DNA of 64,000 nucleotides, from the NCBI RefSeq assembly GCF_009914755.1, contig NC_060932.1. The stretch is one strand, 5' to 3'. This DNA is from the human T2T-CHM13v2.0 reference genome, Homo sapiens. Position numbers and translations under genes: made by a program. The notes below the pieces were generated by a model that saw only the letters and a list, made by a program, of their open reading frames with translations, made no database searches and had not been told where the DNA came from. Positions 1 through 17,089 of the stretch are shown here, piece by piece. How positions within the stretch are numbered: position 1 is the first letter of the stretch; each line of letters starts with the position of its first letter.

Positions 1-330
1 CCTTTGTAGGGACATGGGTGAAATTGGAAATCATCATTCTCAGTAAACTATCACAAGAACAAAAAACCAAACACCGCATATTCTCACTCATAGGTGGGAA
101 TTGAACAATGAGAACACATGGACACAGGAAGGGGAACATCACACCCTGGGGACTGTTGTGGGGTGGGGGGAGCGGGGAGGGATAGCATTAGGAGATATAC
201 CTAATGCTAAATGACGAGTTACTGGGTGCAGCACACCAGCATGGCACATGTATACATATGTAACTAACCTGCACATTGCACACATGTACCGTAAAACTTA
301 AAGTATAATAATAATAATAATAATAATAAA
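1..330 (+). mobile_element. 3' end of a young LINE-1 (L1PA2/3-like), continues upstream of the window
   Basis: End of ORF2, G-rich 3'UTR, cttaaagtataat and a (taa)n tail. Confidence 0.92.
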
Positions 331-720
331 GAAAATGTGGCACACATACACCATGGAATACTATGCAGCCATAAAAAATGATGAGTTCATGTCCTTTGCA
401 GGAACATGGATGAAATTGGAAATCATCATTCTCAGTAAACTATTGCAAGGGCAAAAAACCAAACACCGCATGTTCTCACTCATAGGTGGGAATTGAACAA
501 TGAGAACACATGGACACAGGAAGGGGAACATCACACTCTGGGGACTGTTGTGGGGTGGGGGGAGGGGGGAGGGATAGCATTAGGAGATATACCTAATGCT
601 AAGTGATGAGTTAATGGGTGCAGCACACCAGCATGGCACATGTATACATATGTAACTAACCTGCATATTGTGCACATGTACTCTAAAACTTAAAGTATAA
701 TAATAAAATAAAAAAAATTA
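331..720 (+). mobile_element. 3' end of a second LINE-1 (L1PA3-like), host of the previous element
   Basis: Starts at (aa)gaaaatgtggcac within the ORF2 end and repeats the whole 3'UTR and A-rich tail. Confidence 0.9.
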
Positions 721-1058
721 TATTTAAATAATTTAAATAAAATTAAATCAATTAAAAATAAGAAAAATAAGTTTTTGTTTATCTTCAATTATTCCTTTTT
801 CAGTGCTCTTCCTTTCTTTATATATTTTAATTGATCCAAGTTTCTGACCTGTAACATTTTCCTTTTCTTTGAAGAATCTATTTTAACGTTTCTTGCAAGG
901 CAAGTCTACTGGCAACAAGTTTCCCCAGTGTTTGTGGAAATCTTTATTCTCCTTCACTTTTGAAGCATAATTTCACAGGGTACAGAATTCACAGTGGTGT
1001 TTTCTTTCTTTCCTCTCCTTTTTTTACTCTCAACACTTTAAATATTTCACTCCATTCT

Positions 1059-1518
1059 TTTTTTTTTTTTTTGAGACAGAATCTCACTGTGTTGCTCAGG
1101 CTGGAGTGCTGCAGTGGTGCGGTCACAGGTAACTGCAACCTCTAACTCCCTGGGCTCAGGTGATCCTCCCACTTCAGCCCCACAAATAGCTGGGACTACA
1201 GGTGTGTGCCACCACACCGAGATAGCTAATATATATATATATATTTGGTAGAGACAGAGTTCTTTTTTCTTTTTAGATGGATTGTTGCTCTGTTGCCCAG
1301 GCTGGAGTGCAGTGGCCCGATATTGGCTCACTGCAACCTCCGCCTCCCAGGTTCAAGCAATTCTCCTTCCTTAGCCTCCTGAGTAGCTGGGACTACAGGC
1401 ATGTGCCACCATGCCTGGCTAATTTTTGTATTTTTCATAGAGACAGGGTTTTACCATGTTGCCCAGGCTGGTTTTGAACTTTTAGGCTCAAGTGATCCGT
1501 CTCCTTCGGCCTCTCAAA
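1059..1518 (-). mobile_element. Composite three-arm Alu (AluJ/AluS)
   Basis: Two right arms and one left arm, flanked by tccattct at 1051-1058 and 1519-1526. Confidence 0.8.
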
Positions 1519-2109
1519 TCCATTCTCTTCTTGCTTGAATGGTTTCTGAGGAGAAAGTGAATGTAATTTTTACCTTTACTCCTTTAGGTGTTTTTTCCTC
1601 TTTGGCCTCTTTTAAAATTTTTTTTCAGTTTTAATTATTATGGGTACATAATAGGTGTATATATTTATGGAGTACATGTAATGTTTTGATAGACATATAT
1701 AATGTATGATAATCACATAAGGGTAATTGGGATATTTATCACCTCAAGTATTTATTTTTTCTTTGTGTTAGGAACATTCCAATTTCACTCTTAGTTATTT
1801 AAAAATACACAGTAAATTATCGTTGACTTTAATCACCCTGTTATGTTATCAAATGCTAGAGCCTATTCATTCTAACTACATTTGTGCACCCATTAACCAT
1901 CCCCACTTCTGCCTTACTCCCTGCTACGCTTCCCAGGCTCTGGTAACTATTATTCTACTCTCTATCTCCATGAGTTTGTTTCAATTTTTAGCTCCAATGT
2001 ATGAGTGAGAACATGTGAAATTTGTCTTTCTGTGCCTGGCCTGGCTTTTTTCACTTAACATAATGTTCTTCAGTTTCATCCACGTAGTTGCAAATGAAAA
2101 TGACAGGAT

Positions 2110-2125
2110 TTCTTTCTCTCCTTCC

Positions 2126-2180
<55 letters not shown>

Positions 2181-2199
2181 CTCTTTCCTTTCTTTCTCT

Positions 2200-2232
<33 letters not shown>

Positions 2233-2238
2233 CTTTCT
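2110..2238. repeat. (TTTC)n/(TC)n microsatellite derived from an Alu tail
   Basis: Direct reading. Confidence 0.9.
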
Positions 2239-2239
2239 A

Positions 2240-2518
<279 letters not shown>

Positions 2519-3242
2519 TGATTTTGTCTTTTACTAAAGGATTAGACTGTTAAGTGTTTTTTCAAATATTTGGGTCTTTTGTAGTTATTTTAATGTTGAT
2601 TTTTAATTTAATTCTTTTGTGTTCAGATAACATACTCTTATGATTTCAATCTTTTGAAATTTATTCAGACTTGTTTTATTGTCTAATATATGGTCCATCT
2701 TTATGAATGTTTCATGTACACTTGAAACATATGTGTTTCTGCAGTTGTTCTGGTATTCTATAAATGAAATTTAGTGTAGTTGATAGTGCCATTCAGATAT
2801 TGTACAGTTTTACTGATTTTATGCTTAGTTGTTTTAAGTGTTGGGGAAACTGGGTAGCCATTTAGAAGGAAACAAAATATATAAATTTTAATTGGCAATA
2901 ATAGTTTTCACACAAAGGTCAGTCTTAGGCTATGCCCTACCATGGCACATGATCTAGAAAAGAGGTCTCTTCTGTGGAGATGAAATCTTCATTCTGTGGA
3001 AGTGGTGGTCAAATCTTCAGAAGTATATTAGTAGAAACAGAGGTAGACCCTGGGAGAAATGTGAAATGTGTGTGTCTTTGGCGTGTCACAGTTTTTGATG
3101 TGACAAAATATGGGTTCTAATTCTTCCAAGCCAGGAGAAAGTTTGAAAGGATATTCCGCAAGAGTTCTCCCCGTCACCCATACAAACCACAAGGGCGATA
3201 AACGAGTTTTTCTCTGTATGGCATATGAATACACAGGCCACA

Positions 3243-3536
3243 TTTTTTTTTTTTTGGGATGGAGTCTTGCTCTGTTACCCAGGCTGGAGTGCAGTGGTGC
3301 GATCTCAGGTCACTGCAAGCTCCGCCTCCCAGGTTCATGCCATTCTTCTGCCTCAGCCTTCTGAGTAGCTGGGACTACGGGTGCCCGCCACCACGCCTGG
3401 CTAATTTTTTGTATTTTTAGTAGAGACGGGGTTTCACCATGTTAGCCAGGATGGTCTTGATCTCCTGACCTCGTGAGCCGCCCGCCTCGGCCTCCCAAAG
3501 TGCTGGGATTACAGACGTTAGCCACTGCGCCTGTCC
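3243..3536 (-). mobile_element. AluY-like element
   Basis: AluY-type gcaagctccgcctcc, ccattct, ttagccaggatggtc. Confidence 0.9.
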
Positions 3537-3659
3537 TTTTTTTTTTTTTTTGAAATTGATTGGAAAAAAAAGGAAGCAATAGGCAGTATATGCAGCATGA
3601 AAACAGTAAAAACTTTGTTAACTTATAAAGTTGGGATACTTTAAGATAGCATGTTATAC

Positions 3660-4830
3660 TTCTAGGTAGATACCAGATAGCAGGATAAATTTCTAATGAA
3701 TCAAATATTTAATGTAAAATACTATAAAAGAAGACATCGGAGAATTCCTTTATAACTTTGAAATGGGGAAAGCCTTTGTAACCATGACTCCAAATCCAGA
3801 AGCTATAACAATTGTAGATTTGACTATAAAAATGCGTGCTAATAAACAAAAGCAAAAATCCCAACACACAGAACAAAAGCATAACAAAGAAAAACAACAT
3901 TAACAGGGAAAAAGAATTGTAAACTTATAACAGAAAAAGGGCTAGTCCTCTGATATTTAAGCAGCTTCTGGAAATCAAAAAGTAAAAGACCATCTACCCA
4001 GTAGAATAATGGGAAGAGAATAAGGATAGTTCATAGAAAAGGAAATACAAATAGGCCTTAAGTTGTATAAAAGATGCTAAGCCTCATTCATGAAAAATTC
4101 CAATTAAAACTACATTGAGATATTATTCCTCATTTACTAGATTAACAAAAATCTGAATGACTATATACTCTCTTGGTAAAGTGTGAGAAAACATACTTTC
4201 ATACCTTGTTCATCAGAGTATGGATTGGTATAATTTCTGTGGAAAGTAGCTTGACCATATTGCAAATATATATATATATGTATTTTATGTATATATATGT
4301 ATTTTATATATATATGTATTATATATATATGTATATTAGCCCCGGAGCTTCCTCTTCTAGAAATTTATCATACTTGCATACATGTAAAGTGACATATGCA
4401 CACAATTTTTAAGTGTAGCATTGTTTGTAATAGAAAAATATTGAAAACAATTTTAGTGTCTTTTGATAGAGCTTGTAATATACTGTGCAATGGCATAGTA
4501 CATAACTATCATAAAGAATGATAAAGTACTTTCTATGCTGAAATGAAAAGATATCCAGGACTTATTTTGGGTGAAGAGACAAGGTACAGACAGGAGGTAT
4601 AGTATGCCACAATCTGTGTAATAAAAGATGGTGAAAACTAATATATATTTATGTTTGCTTGTATCTGCATGAAGAAACTCTATATGGGTACACATGAAAC
4701 TAATAACTGAATTCCTGTGGCCATGGGGGAGGGTAAAAGCTGGATAGTGGGTTATAGGAGTAGGGTAGAGTTTTCTTACTTATAACTTTCTAATTTTTTG
4801 AATTATTTAAATATTTTGCCTATTTAAAAA
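3660..4830 (+). mobile_element. Ancient L1ME-like 3' fragment with a (TA)n tract at ~4265-4335
   Basis: Degenerate ORF2-end/3'UTR motifs (aaagatgctaagcctcattc, gtagcattgtttgtaatag). Confidence 0.55.
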
Positions 4831-5162
4831 AGAAGAAAAAGAAAATTGAATTAGGTTGGGCATTAGTGGAAGATGCCAGATAGATAAACAAACACTTTAC
4901 TCTTTTTTTGTTTTTCTTTCTTTTTAAAAATTTTTGTTTTAGGTTTAGGGGTACATGTGAAGGTTTGTTACATAGATAAACACGTGTCATGGGGGTTTGT
5001 TATTACATATTATTACATCACTCAGGTATTAAGTTCAGTACCAAATAGTTATCTTTTCTGTTCCTCTCCCTCCTTCCACCCTCCCCCTCAAGTAGATGCG
5101 TGTCAGTGTCTGTTGTTTCCTTCTTTGTGTTCATAAGTTCTTACAATTTAGCTCCCACTTGT

Positions 5163-5469
5163 TTTTTGGAGATAGAGTCTCACTCTGTTGCCAGGCTGGA
5201 GTGCAATGGCATGATCTTGGATCACTGCAACCTCCGCCTCCCAGGTTCGAGCAATTCTTTCTCCTGCCTCAGTCTCCCGAGTAGCTGGGACTACAGGCAC
5301 ATGCTGCTATGCCCAGCTAGTTTTTTTTTTTTTTTTGTATTTAGTAGAGATGGGGGTGGGGGTCTCACCATGTTGCCCAGGCTGGTTTCGAACCCCTGAG
5401 CTCAGGCAATCAGCCCACCTCGTCCTCCCAAAGTGTTGGGATTACAGGCGTGAGCCACCGTGCCTGGCC
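5163..5469 (-). mobile_element. AluS inserted in L1
   Basis: TSD agctcccacttgt at 5150-5162 and 5470-5482. Confidence 0.92.
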
Positions 5470-7403
5470 AGCTCCCACTTGTAAATGAGAACATGCGGTA
5501 TTTGGTTTTCTATTCCTACGTTAGTTTGCTAAGGATGATAGCCTCCAGCTCCTTCTGTGTTCTGGCAAAAGACATGATCTTGTTTTTTTATGGCTGCATA
5601 ATATTCCATGGTGTATATATAACACATTTTCTTTACCCAGTCTGTCATTGATTGGTATTTAGGTGATTCTGTGTCTTTGCTATTGTGAACAGTGCTGCAA
5701 TGAACACTTGTGTGCATGTGTCTTTATGGTAGAATGCTCTGGGTATATACCCAGTAATGGAATTGCTGGGTCGAATGGTAGTTCTTTTAACTCTTTGAGG
5801 AATTGTCATACAGTTCCTCAATGGTTGAACTAATTTACACTGACACCAACAGTGTAAAAGGGTTCCCTTTTCTCCACAACCTCGCCAGCATCTGTTATTT
5901 TTTGACTTTTTAGTAATAGCCATTCTGACTGGCGTGAGATGGTATTTCATTGTGGTTTTCATTTGCATTTCTCTAATGATCAGTGGTATTGAGCTTTTGC
6001 CATAAGCTTGTTTGCCACATGTATGTCTTCTTTTGAGAGGGGTCTGTTCATGTCCTTTGCCCACTTTTTAATGGGGTTGCTTGTTTTTCTCTTGTAAAGT
6101 TGTTTAAGTTCCTTATAGATACTGGGTATTAGACCTTTGTCACATGCATAGTTGGCAAATTCTTTCTCCCATTTTGTAGGTTGTTTGTTTACTCTGTTGA
6201 TAGTTTCTTTCGCTGTACAGAAGCTTTTAAGTTTAGTTAGATCTCATTTGTCAATTTTTGCTTTTGTTGCAACTGCTTTTGGTGTCTTCATCATGAAATC
6301 TTTGCCTGTTCCTAGATCCAGGATGGTATTGCCTAGGTTGTCTTTCAGAGTATTTTACAGCTTTGGGTTTTACATTTAAGTCTTTAATCTGTATTCAGTT
6401 GATTTTTGTATATGGTGTAAGGAAGAGGTCCAACTTCAATCTTCTGTATATGGCTAGTCATTTATCCTAGCTCTATTTATTGAATAGGGATTTTTTTTCC
6501 CCATTGCTTGTTTTTGTCAGCTTTGTCAACGATCAGATAGTCAAAGATATGTGGCCTTATTTTGGGCTCGTTATTCTGTTCCATTGGTCTGTGTGTCTGT
6601 TTTTGTACTGGTACCATATTGTTTTGGTCATTATAGCCCTGTAGTATAGTTTGGAGTCGAATAACATGATGCCTCCAGCTTTGTTCTTTTTGCTTAGGAT
6701 TGCCTTGACTATTTGGGCTCTTTGTTTGGTTCCATATAAATTTTAAATAATTTTTTCTAGTTTTGTGAGGAATGTCATTGGTAGTTTAACAGGTATAGCG
6801 TTGAATATGTAAATTGTTTTGGGCAGTATAGCCATTTTAATGATATTGATTCTTCTTATTTATGATGATGGGATTTTTTTCATTTGCTTGTGTCTTCTTT
6901 GATTTCTTTGAGCAGTGTTTTGTCATTCTCACTGTAGAGATTTTTTACATCCCTGGTTAGCTGTATTCCTAGGTGTTTTATTTTTTATTTTTTTGGTGGC
7001 AACTGTGAATGGTATTGCCTTTCTTATTTGGCTCTCAGTTTGGTTGTTGTTGGTGCACAGGAATGCTAGTGAGTTTTGTACATTGATTTTATATCCTGCA
7101 CCTTTGCTGAAGTTGTTTATCAGCTGAAGGAGCTTTTGGGCCAAGACACTGGGGTTTTCTAGATATAGAATCATGTCATCTGCAAACAGAGATAGTTTGA
7201 CTCCTGCTCTTAGTATTTGGATGCCCTTTGTTTTTTTTTTCTCTTGACTCATGGCTCTGGCTAGGACTTCCAATACTATGTTGAATAGAAGTGGAGAGAG
7301 AGGGCATCCTTGTCTTGTACGAGTTTTCAAGGGGAATGCTTCCAGCTTTTGCCCATTCGGTATGATGTTGGCTGTGCATTTGTCATAGATGGCTCTTATT
7401 ATT

Positions 7404-7703
<300 letters not shown>

Positions 7704-10217
7704 ATGGCTCTTATTATTTTGAGGTATGTTCCTTCAATACCTAGGTTATTGAGAGTTTTTAACATGAAAGAATGTTCAGTTTTATCAAAAGCCTTTTCCA
7801 CATCTGTTGAGAAGATTGTGTGGTTTTTGTCTTTAGTTCTGTTGATGTGATGAATCACATTTATTGGTTTTCATATGTTGAATCAACCTTGCATCCCGGG
7901 GCGAAACCTACTTGATCACGGTAGATTAGCTTTTTGATGACACTTGGCATTTGAGTTACTAGAGTTCTTGTATTGGCTATTTCTCATCTCTGCATGTGGG
8001 TATTTCTTTAACTGCAGTGCAGATTGAGTGTAGTCAATAGACTTCTTTTCTGGATGTTTTCACTTGGCTGAGGCTTTGTGTAGGGTCTTTATTTGAAGCT
8101 GACTTCTTGTCTCTGGTTTCAGTGGGGGTATATTAGTGAGATATTTTTGCTGTTGAAGCTTTGGGGGTATGATCCAGCAGATGACATTTAGGCTTATCAG
8201 TCAGTTGGTAGACTCTTTCTTGGTTGTGTGGCTTCCCTATGTTTCCTCACAGTTGCAGCTGTGTTCCCTGTCAGTGCTCTGAAAGTATAGGTTCCTCTCT
8301 CCCTTGAGTACTGGCTGTAGTTCACAACTTGTCACTCCTGGGATGCCCACTGCAGCTCTGGGACAGTCTTAGTGTTTATTTCCCTTCTCCAGGTTAGAGG
8401 CAGCAGAGGAAAAGATCATAGTAGTGGTTGTGGCCAAGGGTCATTTGCTTGACTCCGAGGGGCTCCACCCCAGAGAGTTGCAGGTCAGCAACTGCTCAGT
8501 GCAGTCAGCCCAAGACGGAAGGTTTGTGCTGTGGGTCCAAGCCAGGGGTTTTCTGTCTGGTGACAAGCTATGTAGGGTATGGGGGACTTGTGGGAAATTG
8601 GTTGGCCTCTTCTCCTTAGGTTGACTGCAGCTCATTGGAGGTGTGGATAAGGCACTTGGGATCTTTGCTCCTTTGTTAGTCCGAAGGTGGCAAGGCATGT
8701 TCCACTGCAGAGGCAGTGGCAAAGAGGCTTTCAGTTGCCCCCAGAGGCTCTGTCTATGGAGTTACTGAGTTGGTACTGGCTTGGTAGCTCTGGCAGGGGG
8801 TGGTTGGAGGCCCAGGGCTGGAGGACCTGCCCAGTGAGGAGATATGGGAATGGGTACCCATGTAACAGTCTGGGCACTTTTCTGTAGGGCTGCTGTGGTA
8901 TGCTTGGGGCCCGGTCCAGTCCTAGACACCTCAAATTTTCCAAAACCTAGAGGTGTTACCAGTGAAGGCTGTGAAACAGCAAAGCTGTTGCCAGCTTAAA
9001 GGCACCTGTAGGGAGTGGCTGGAGACCGTGGTTGCGAGGTCCCACCCAGTGAGCAGGAACAGGATTGGCACCCACTTAAAACAGTCTGGCCACATTTTAG
9101 TAGAGCAGCTGTGTTGTGTCCACTTCAGCCCCTGGTTGCCTCAGACACTCTGAAGCCCAAAGACTGGAATGGCTAAGTTGCCCAAACAACAAAGATGGTG
9201 GCCTGCCCCTCCCTCTAGGAGTGCCATCCCAGGGGGAATTCAGATCTGTGTCAGCTGGAAAGCTTTGTTGGGGGTGGCTGGAGGCCCTGGTTGGGAGGTC
9301 CTGCCCAGCGAAAAAGAATGGGATCAGGTACCTGCTTAAAGCAGCAGTCTGGCCATGTTTTGATAGAGCGGCTGTGCTATGCTGTGGGAATCCCTTCTGC
9401 CTTGGGTGGACTCAGACTCTCCAAAGCCTGAAGGCTAGAATGGCTAAGGTGCCTGAATAGCAAAGATGGCAGCCCGCCCCTCCTCCCAGGAGTGCCTTCT
9501 TAGGGAGGTGCAATGCCGCTATTGGTAGCTGGCTAGAATTCCAAGTAAGTGGGTCTTAACTTGTGAGGTGCTGTGGAAATGGGGCCTGTGGGCTGTTGCT
9601 GTTCAGCCCCGTAGATTCAGCCTCTTTTCTAGGGGTATGTACAGGAGTCTAACATCCTACTTTGCCATAGCTGCAGCTACTTTTGCTGGAAAGCCCTAGT
9701 ATCTAAGCCTCCAGGGACTCCATGCATGCCTGAGTGGCTGCTCTGCTGAGACTCTACATAGCTCTGTCTGTCAGACTGAAGACCGAAGGCCCTGCTGGAG
9801 TGGGTTCACAAGATCTGACCTGAGGGTTGCAAAGAGCTGTGGGAGAAGCATGATTTCCCTGGGTTGCTCTTGGACTTACCACTTCACTAGGTTGGGGAGA
9901 ATCCCCTGGCTCTGTGTTGTTCCCAGGTGGCCGTTGTCCTGCCTTGTTTTTCTTTTTTTTTTTTTTTTCTCATTGATTTGTTTTTAAAAAAAATTTTTTT
10001 TATTTTATTATTATTATACTTTAAGTTTTAGGGTACATGTGTGCAATGTGCAGGTTAGTTACATATGTATACATGTGCCACGCTGGTGTGCTGCACCCAT
10101 TAACTCGTCATTTAGCATTAGGTATATCTCCTAATGCTATCCCTCCCCCCTCCCCCCACCCCACAACAGTCCCCAGGGTGTGATGTTCCCCTTCCTGTGT
10201 CCATGTGTTCTCATTGT

Positions 10218-14046
<3,829 letters not shown>

Positions 14047-14109
14047 TATGATGTTAGCTGTTTATTTTGCTCATTAGTTGATGCAGTTTCTTCCTAGCCT
14101 CGATGGTCT

Positions 14110-15126
14110 TTACAATTTGGCATGATTTTGCAGTGGCTGGTACCGGTTGTTCCTTTCCATGTTTAGTGCTTCCTTTAGGAGCTCTTTTAGGGCAGGCCTG
14201 GTGGTGACAAAATCTCTCAGCATTTGCTTGTCTGTAAAGTATTTTATTTCTCCTTCACTTATGAAGCTTAGTTTGGCTGGATATGAAATTTTGGGTTGAA
14301 AATTCTTTTCTTTCAGAATGTTGAATATTGGCCCCCACTCTCTTCTGGCTTGTAGCGTTTCTGCTGAGAGATCTGCTGTTAGTTTGATGGGCTTCCCTTT
14401 GTGGGTAACCCAACCTTTCTCTCTGGCTGCTCTTAACATTTTTACCTTCATTTCAACTTTGGTGAATCTGACAATTACGTGTCTTGGAGTTGCTCTTCTC
14501 GAGGAGTATCTTTGTGGTGTTCTCTGTATTTCCTGTATGTGAATGTTGGCCTGCCTTGCTAGATTGGGGAAGTTCTCCTGGATAATATCCTGCAGAGTGT
14601 TTTCCAACTTGGTTCCATTCTCCCTGTCACTTTCAGGAACACCAATCAGATGTAGATTTGGTCTTTTCACATAGTCCCATATTTCTTGGAGGCTTTGTTC
14701 GTTTCTTTTTATTCTTTTTTCTCTAAACTTCCCTTCTCACTTCATTTCATTCATTTCATCTTCCATCACTGATACCCTTTCTTCCAGTTGATCGCATCAG
14801 CTCCTGAGTCTTCTGCATTCTTCACGTAGTTCTCGAGCCTTGGCTTTCAGCTCCATCAGCTCCTTTAAGCACTCTCTGTATTGGTTATTCTTGTTATACA
14901 TTTGTCTAAATTTTTTTCAAAGTTTTTAACTTCTTTGCCTTTGGTTTGAATTTCCTCCTGTAGGTCAGAGTAGTTTGATCGTCTGAAGCCTTCTTCTCTC
15001 AACTCGTCAAAGTCATTCTCTGTCCAGCTTTGTTCCATTGCTGGTGAGGAACTGCGTTCCTTTGGAGGAGGACAGGTGCTCTGCTTTTTAGAGTTTCCAG
15101 TTTTTCTGCTCTGTTTTTTCCCCCTC
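14110..15126 (-). pseudogene. L1-A ORF1, disrupted
   Basis: C-terminal 186 aa open (ARR, REKG, YPAKLS motifs). Start codon appears mutated (ttccccctctt instead of ttccccatctt) and there is a 1-bp deletion near 14872. Confidence 0.88.
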
Positions 15127-15559
15127 TTTGTGGTTTTATCTACTTTTGGTCTTTGATGATGGTGATGTACAGATGGGTTTTTGGTGTGGATGTCCTTTCT
15201 GTTTGTTAGTTTTCCTTCTGACAGACAGGACCCTCAGCTGCAGGTCTGTTGGAGTTTGCTAGAGGTCCACTCCAGAACCTGTTTGCCTGGGTATCAGCAG
15301 CGGTGGCTGCAGCACAGCGGATTTTCGTGAACTGCAAATGCTGCTGTCTGATCGTTCCTCTGGAAGTTTTGTCTCAGAAGAGTACCCAGCCATGTGAGGT
15401 GTCAGTCTGCCCCTACTGGGGGTTGCCTCCCAGTTAGGCTGCTCGGGGGTCAGGGGTCAGGGACCCACTTGAGGAGGCAGTCTGCCCGTTCTGAGATCTC
15501 CAGCTGCGTGCTGGGAGAACCACTGCTCTCTTCAAAGCTGTCAGACAGGGACATTGAAG

Positions 15560-15900
15560 TCTGCAGAGGTTACTGCTGTCTTTTTGTTTGTCTGTGCCCT
15601 GCCTCCAGAGGTGGAGCCTACAGAGGCAGGCAGGCCTCCTTGAGCTGTGCTGGGCTCCACGCAGTTCGAGCTTCCCGGCTGCTTTGTTTACCTGAGCAAG
15701 CCTGGGCAATGGTGGGCACCCCTCCCCCAGCCTTGCTGCTGCCTTGCAGTTTGATCTCAGACTGCTGTGCTAGCAATCAGCGAGACTCCGTGGGGCGTAG
15801 GACCCTCCGAGCCAGGTGTGGGATATAATCTGCTGGTGTGCCGTTTTTTAAGCCCCTCGGAAAAGCGCAGTATTCGGGTGGGAGTGACCCGATTTTCCAG
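15560..15900 (+). promoter_or_regulatory. L1 antisense promoter / ORF0 region pointing toward the XKR9 exon at 21752
   Basis: ORF0 start gcaATGGtgggcacccctccc at 15709; donors cag/GTgtgg (15816) and cag/GTgccg (15901). Position matches the known L1 antisense promoter; activity not shown. Confidence 0.6.
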
Positions 15901-16164
15901 GTGCCGTCTGTAACCCCTTTCTTTGACTAGGAAAGGGAACTCCCTGACCCCTTGCACTTCCCGAGTGAGGCAATGCCTCGCCCTGCTTCGGCTCGTGCAC
16001 AGTGTGCTGCACTCACTGTCCTGCGCCCACTCTCTGGCACTCCCTAGTGAGATGAACACAGTACCTCAGACGGAAATGCAGAAATCACCCATCTTCTGCG
16101 TCACTCACGCTGGGAGCTGTAGACCGGAGCTGTTCCTATTCGTCCATCTTGGCTGCCACCTCTC

Positions 16165-16340
16165 TGTCCTGCCTTGTTTTTCTTTGTTCTCTGTAGGTCA
16201 GGTTGTTTCCTTGATTAATTCCAATGTGAGTACCTGGATGTTTCATTCGAAGATGTTGTATTTACTTGCCCCTTCTGTTTCTCTCTTAGAGCCAGGCACA
16301 CTAACTGCTTCTAGTCAGCCATCTTGGCCACTTCACATCC
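16165..16340 (-). mobile_element. Extreme 5' end of the old L1 split by L1-A
   Basis: ctagtcagccatcttggcc (reverse complement aagatggctgactag, an L1 5' terminal motif). Confidence 0.75.
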
Positions 16341-17089
16341 CCACCCTTTTCCTTTCTCTTTGTATATTTTTAGTTCAGGAAGTGGCAGAATACTGAGATA
16401 GACAGTGAGAAATGAGCAAAAATTAGAACAGTTCATAAAAATGGGCCAAATTATCCAAAGGTTTGTCCAGGCTAAGTATTGCAAAACCTGAGATTTGCTG
16501 AATTGTGGATTTGTTTCCCTAAGGAATAGAAAAATTGAATTCATGTTGGTAGATGAAAGACAAGGAATATCAATATGAATTATTTATTAGGTATGTGTGC
16601 CTCTTGCTACTATGTATGCCATTACTGTTCGGGGGTCTGTGGAGTAGGATGTTTCATTTTCCAGAATATAAATTAAATGACAGTTTTGCATTTCTATTTG
16701 ATGTGTGATTTGTGATAAAAACCTCTCTCTGCCAAAGGAGAGTTTTCTTTTGATGGATATATGAAAGGCATTTTAATTATTTAAAATGTGGAAATGGCTT
16801 TTGCTCTTTTTAGTACATATAAAAAGTTTAAATTCTATAAAAATGAATATAATGGGAGTTGAATCTCCCTCCTCCCACAGATTCTTAGGCCCTTGTATGG
16901 AGTTAAATGGGCATTAAATAGTTGAACTCTCCTTCTTACCTATTTTTCAATTTAAAACGCCTTAGAGAGAGGTCATGTAGTTATGTTCAAATTTATTAGG
17001 GTTCAATATTTATAAAACTTTAGGATAAATTTTACCTCAGTCTCCAAATCTTTGGGGATTTAAAAAATATGTTGGTTATTGATTTCTCA

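Noticed and set aside
8424-9460. ORFs and ~230-bp tandem units
   Set aside because: Typical repeated structure of old L1PA/L1PB 5'UTRs.
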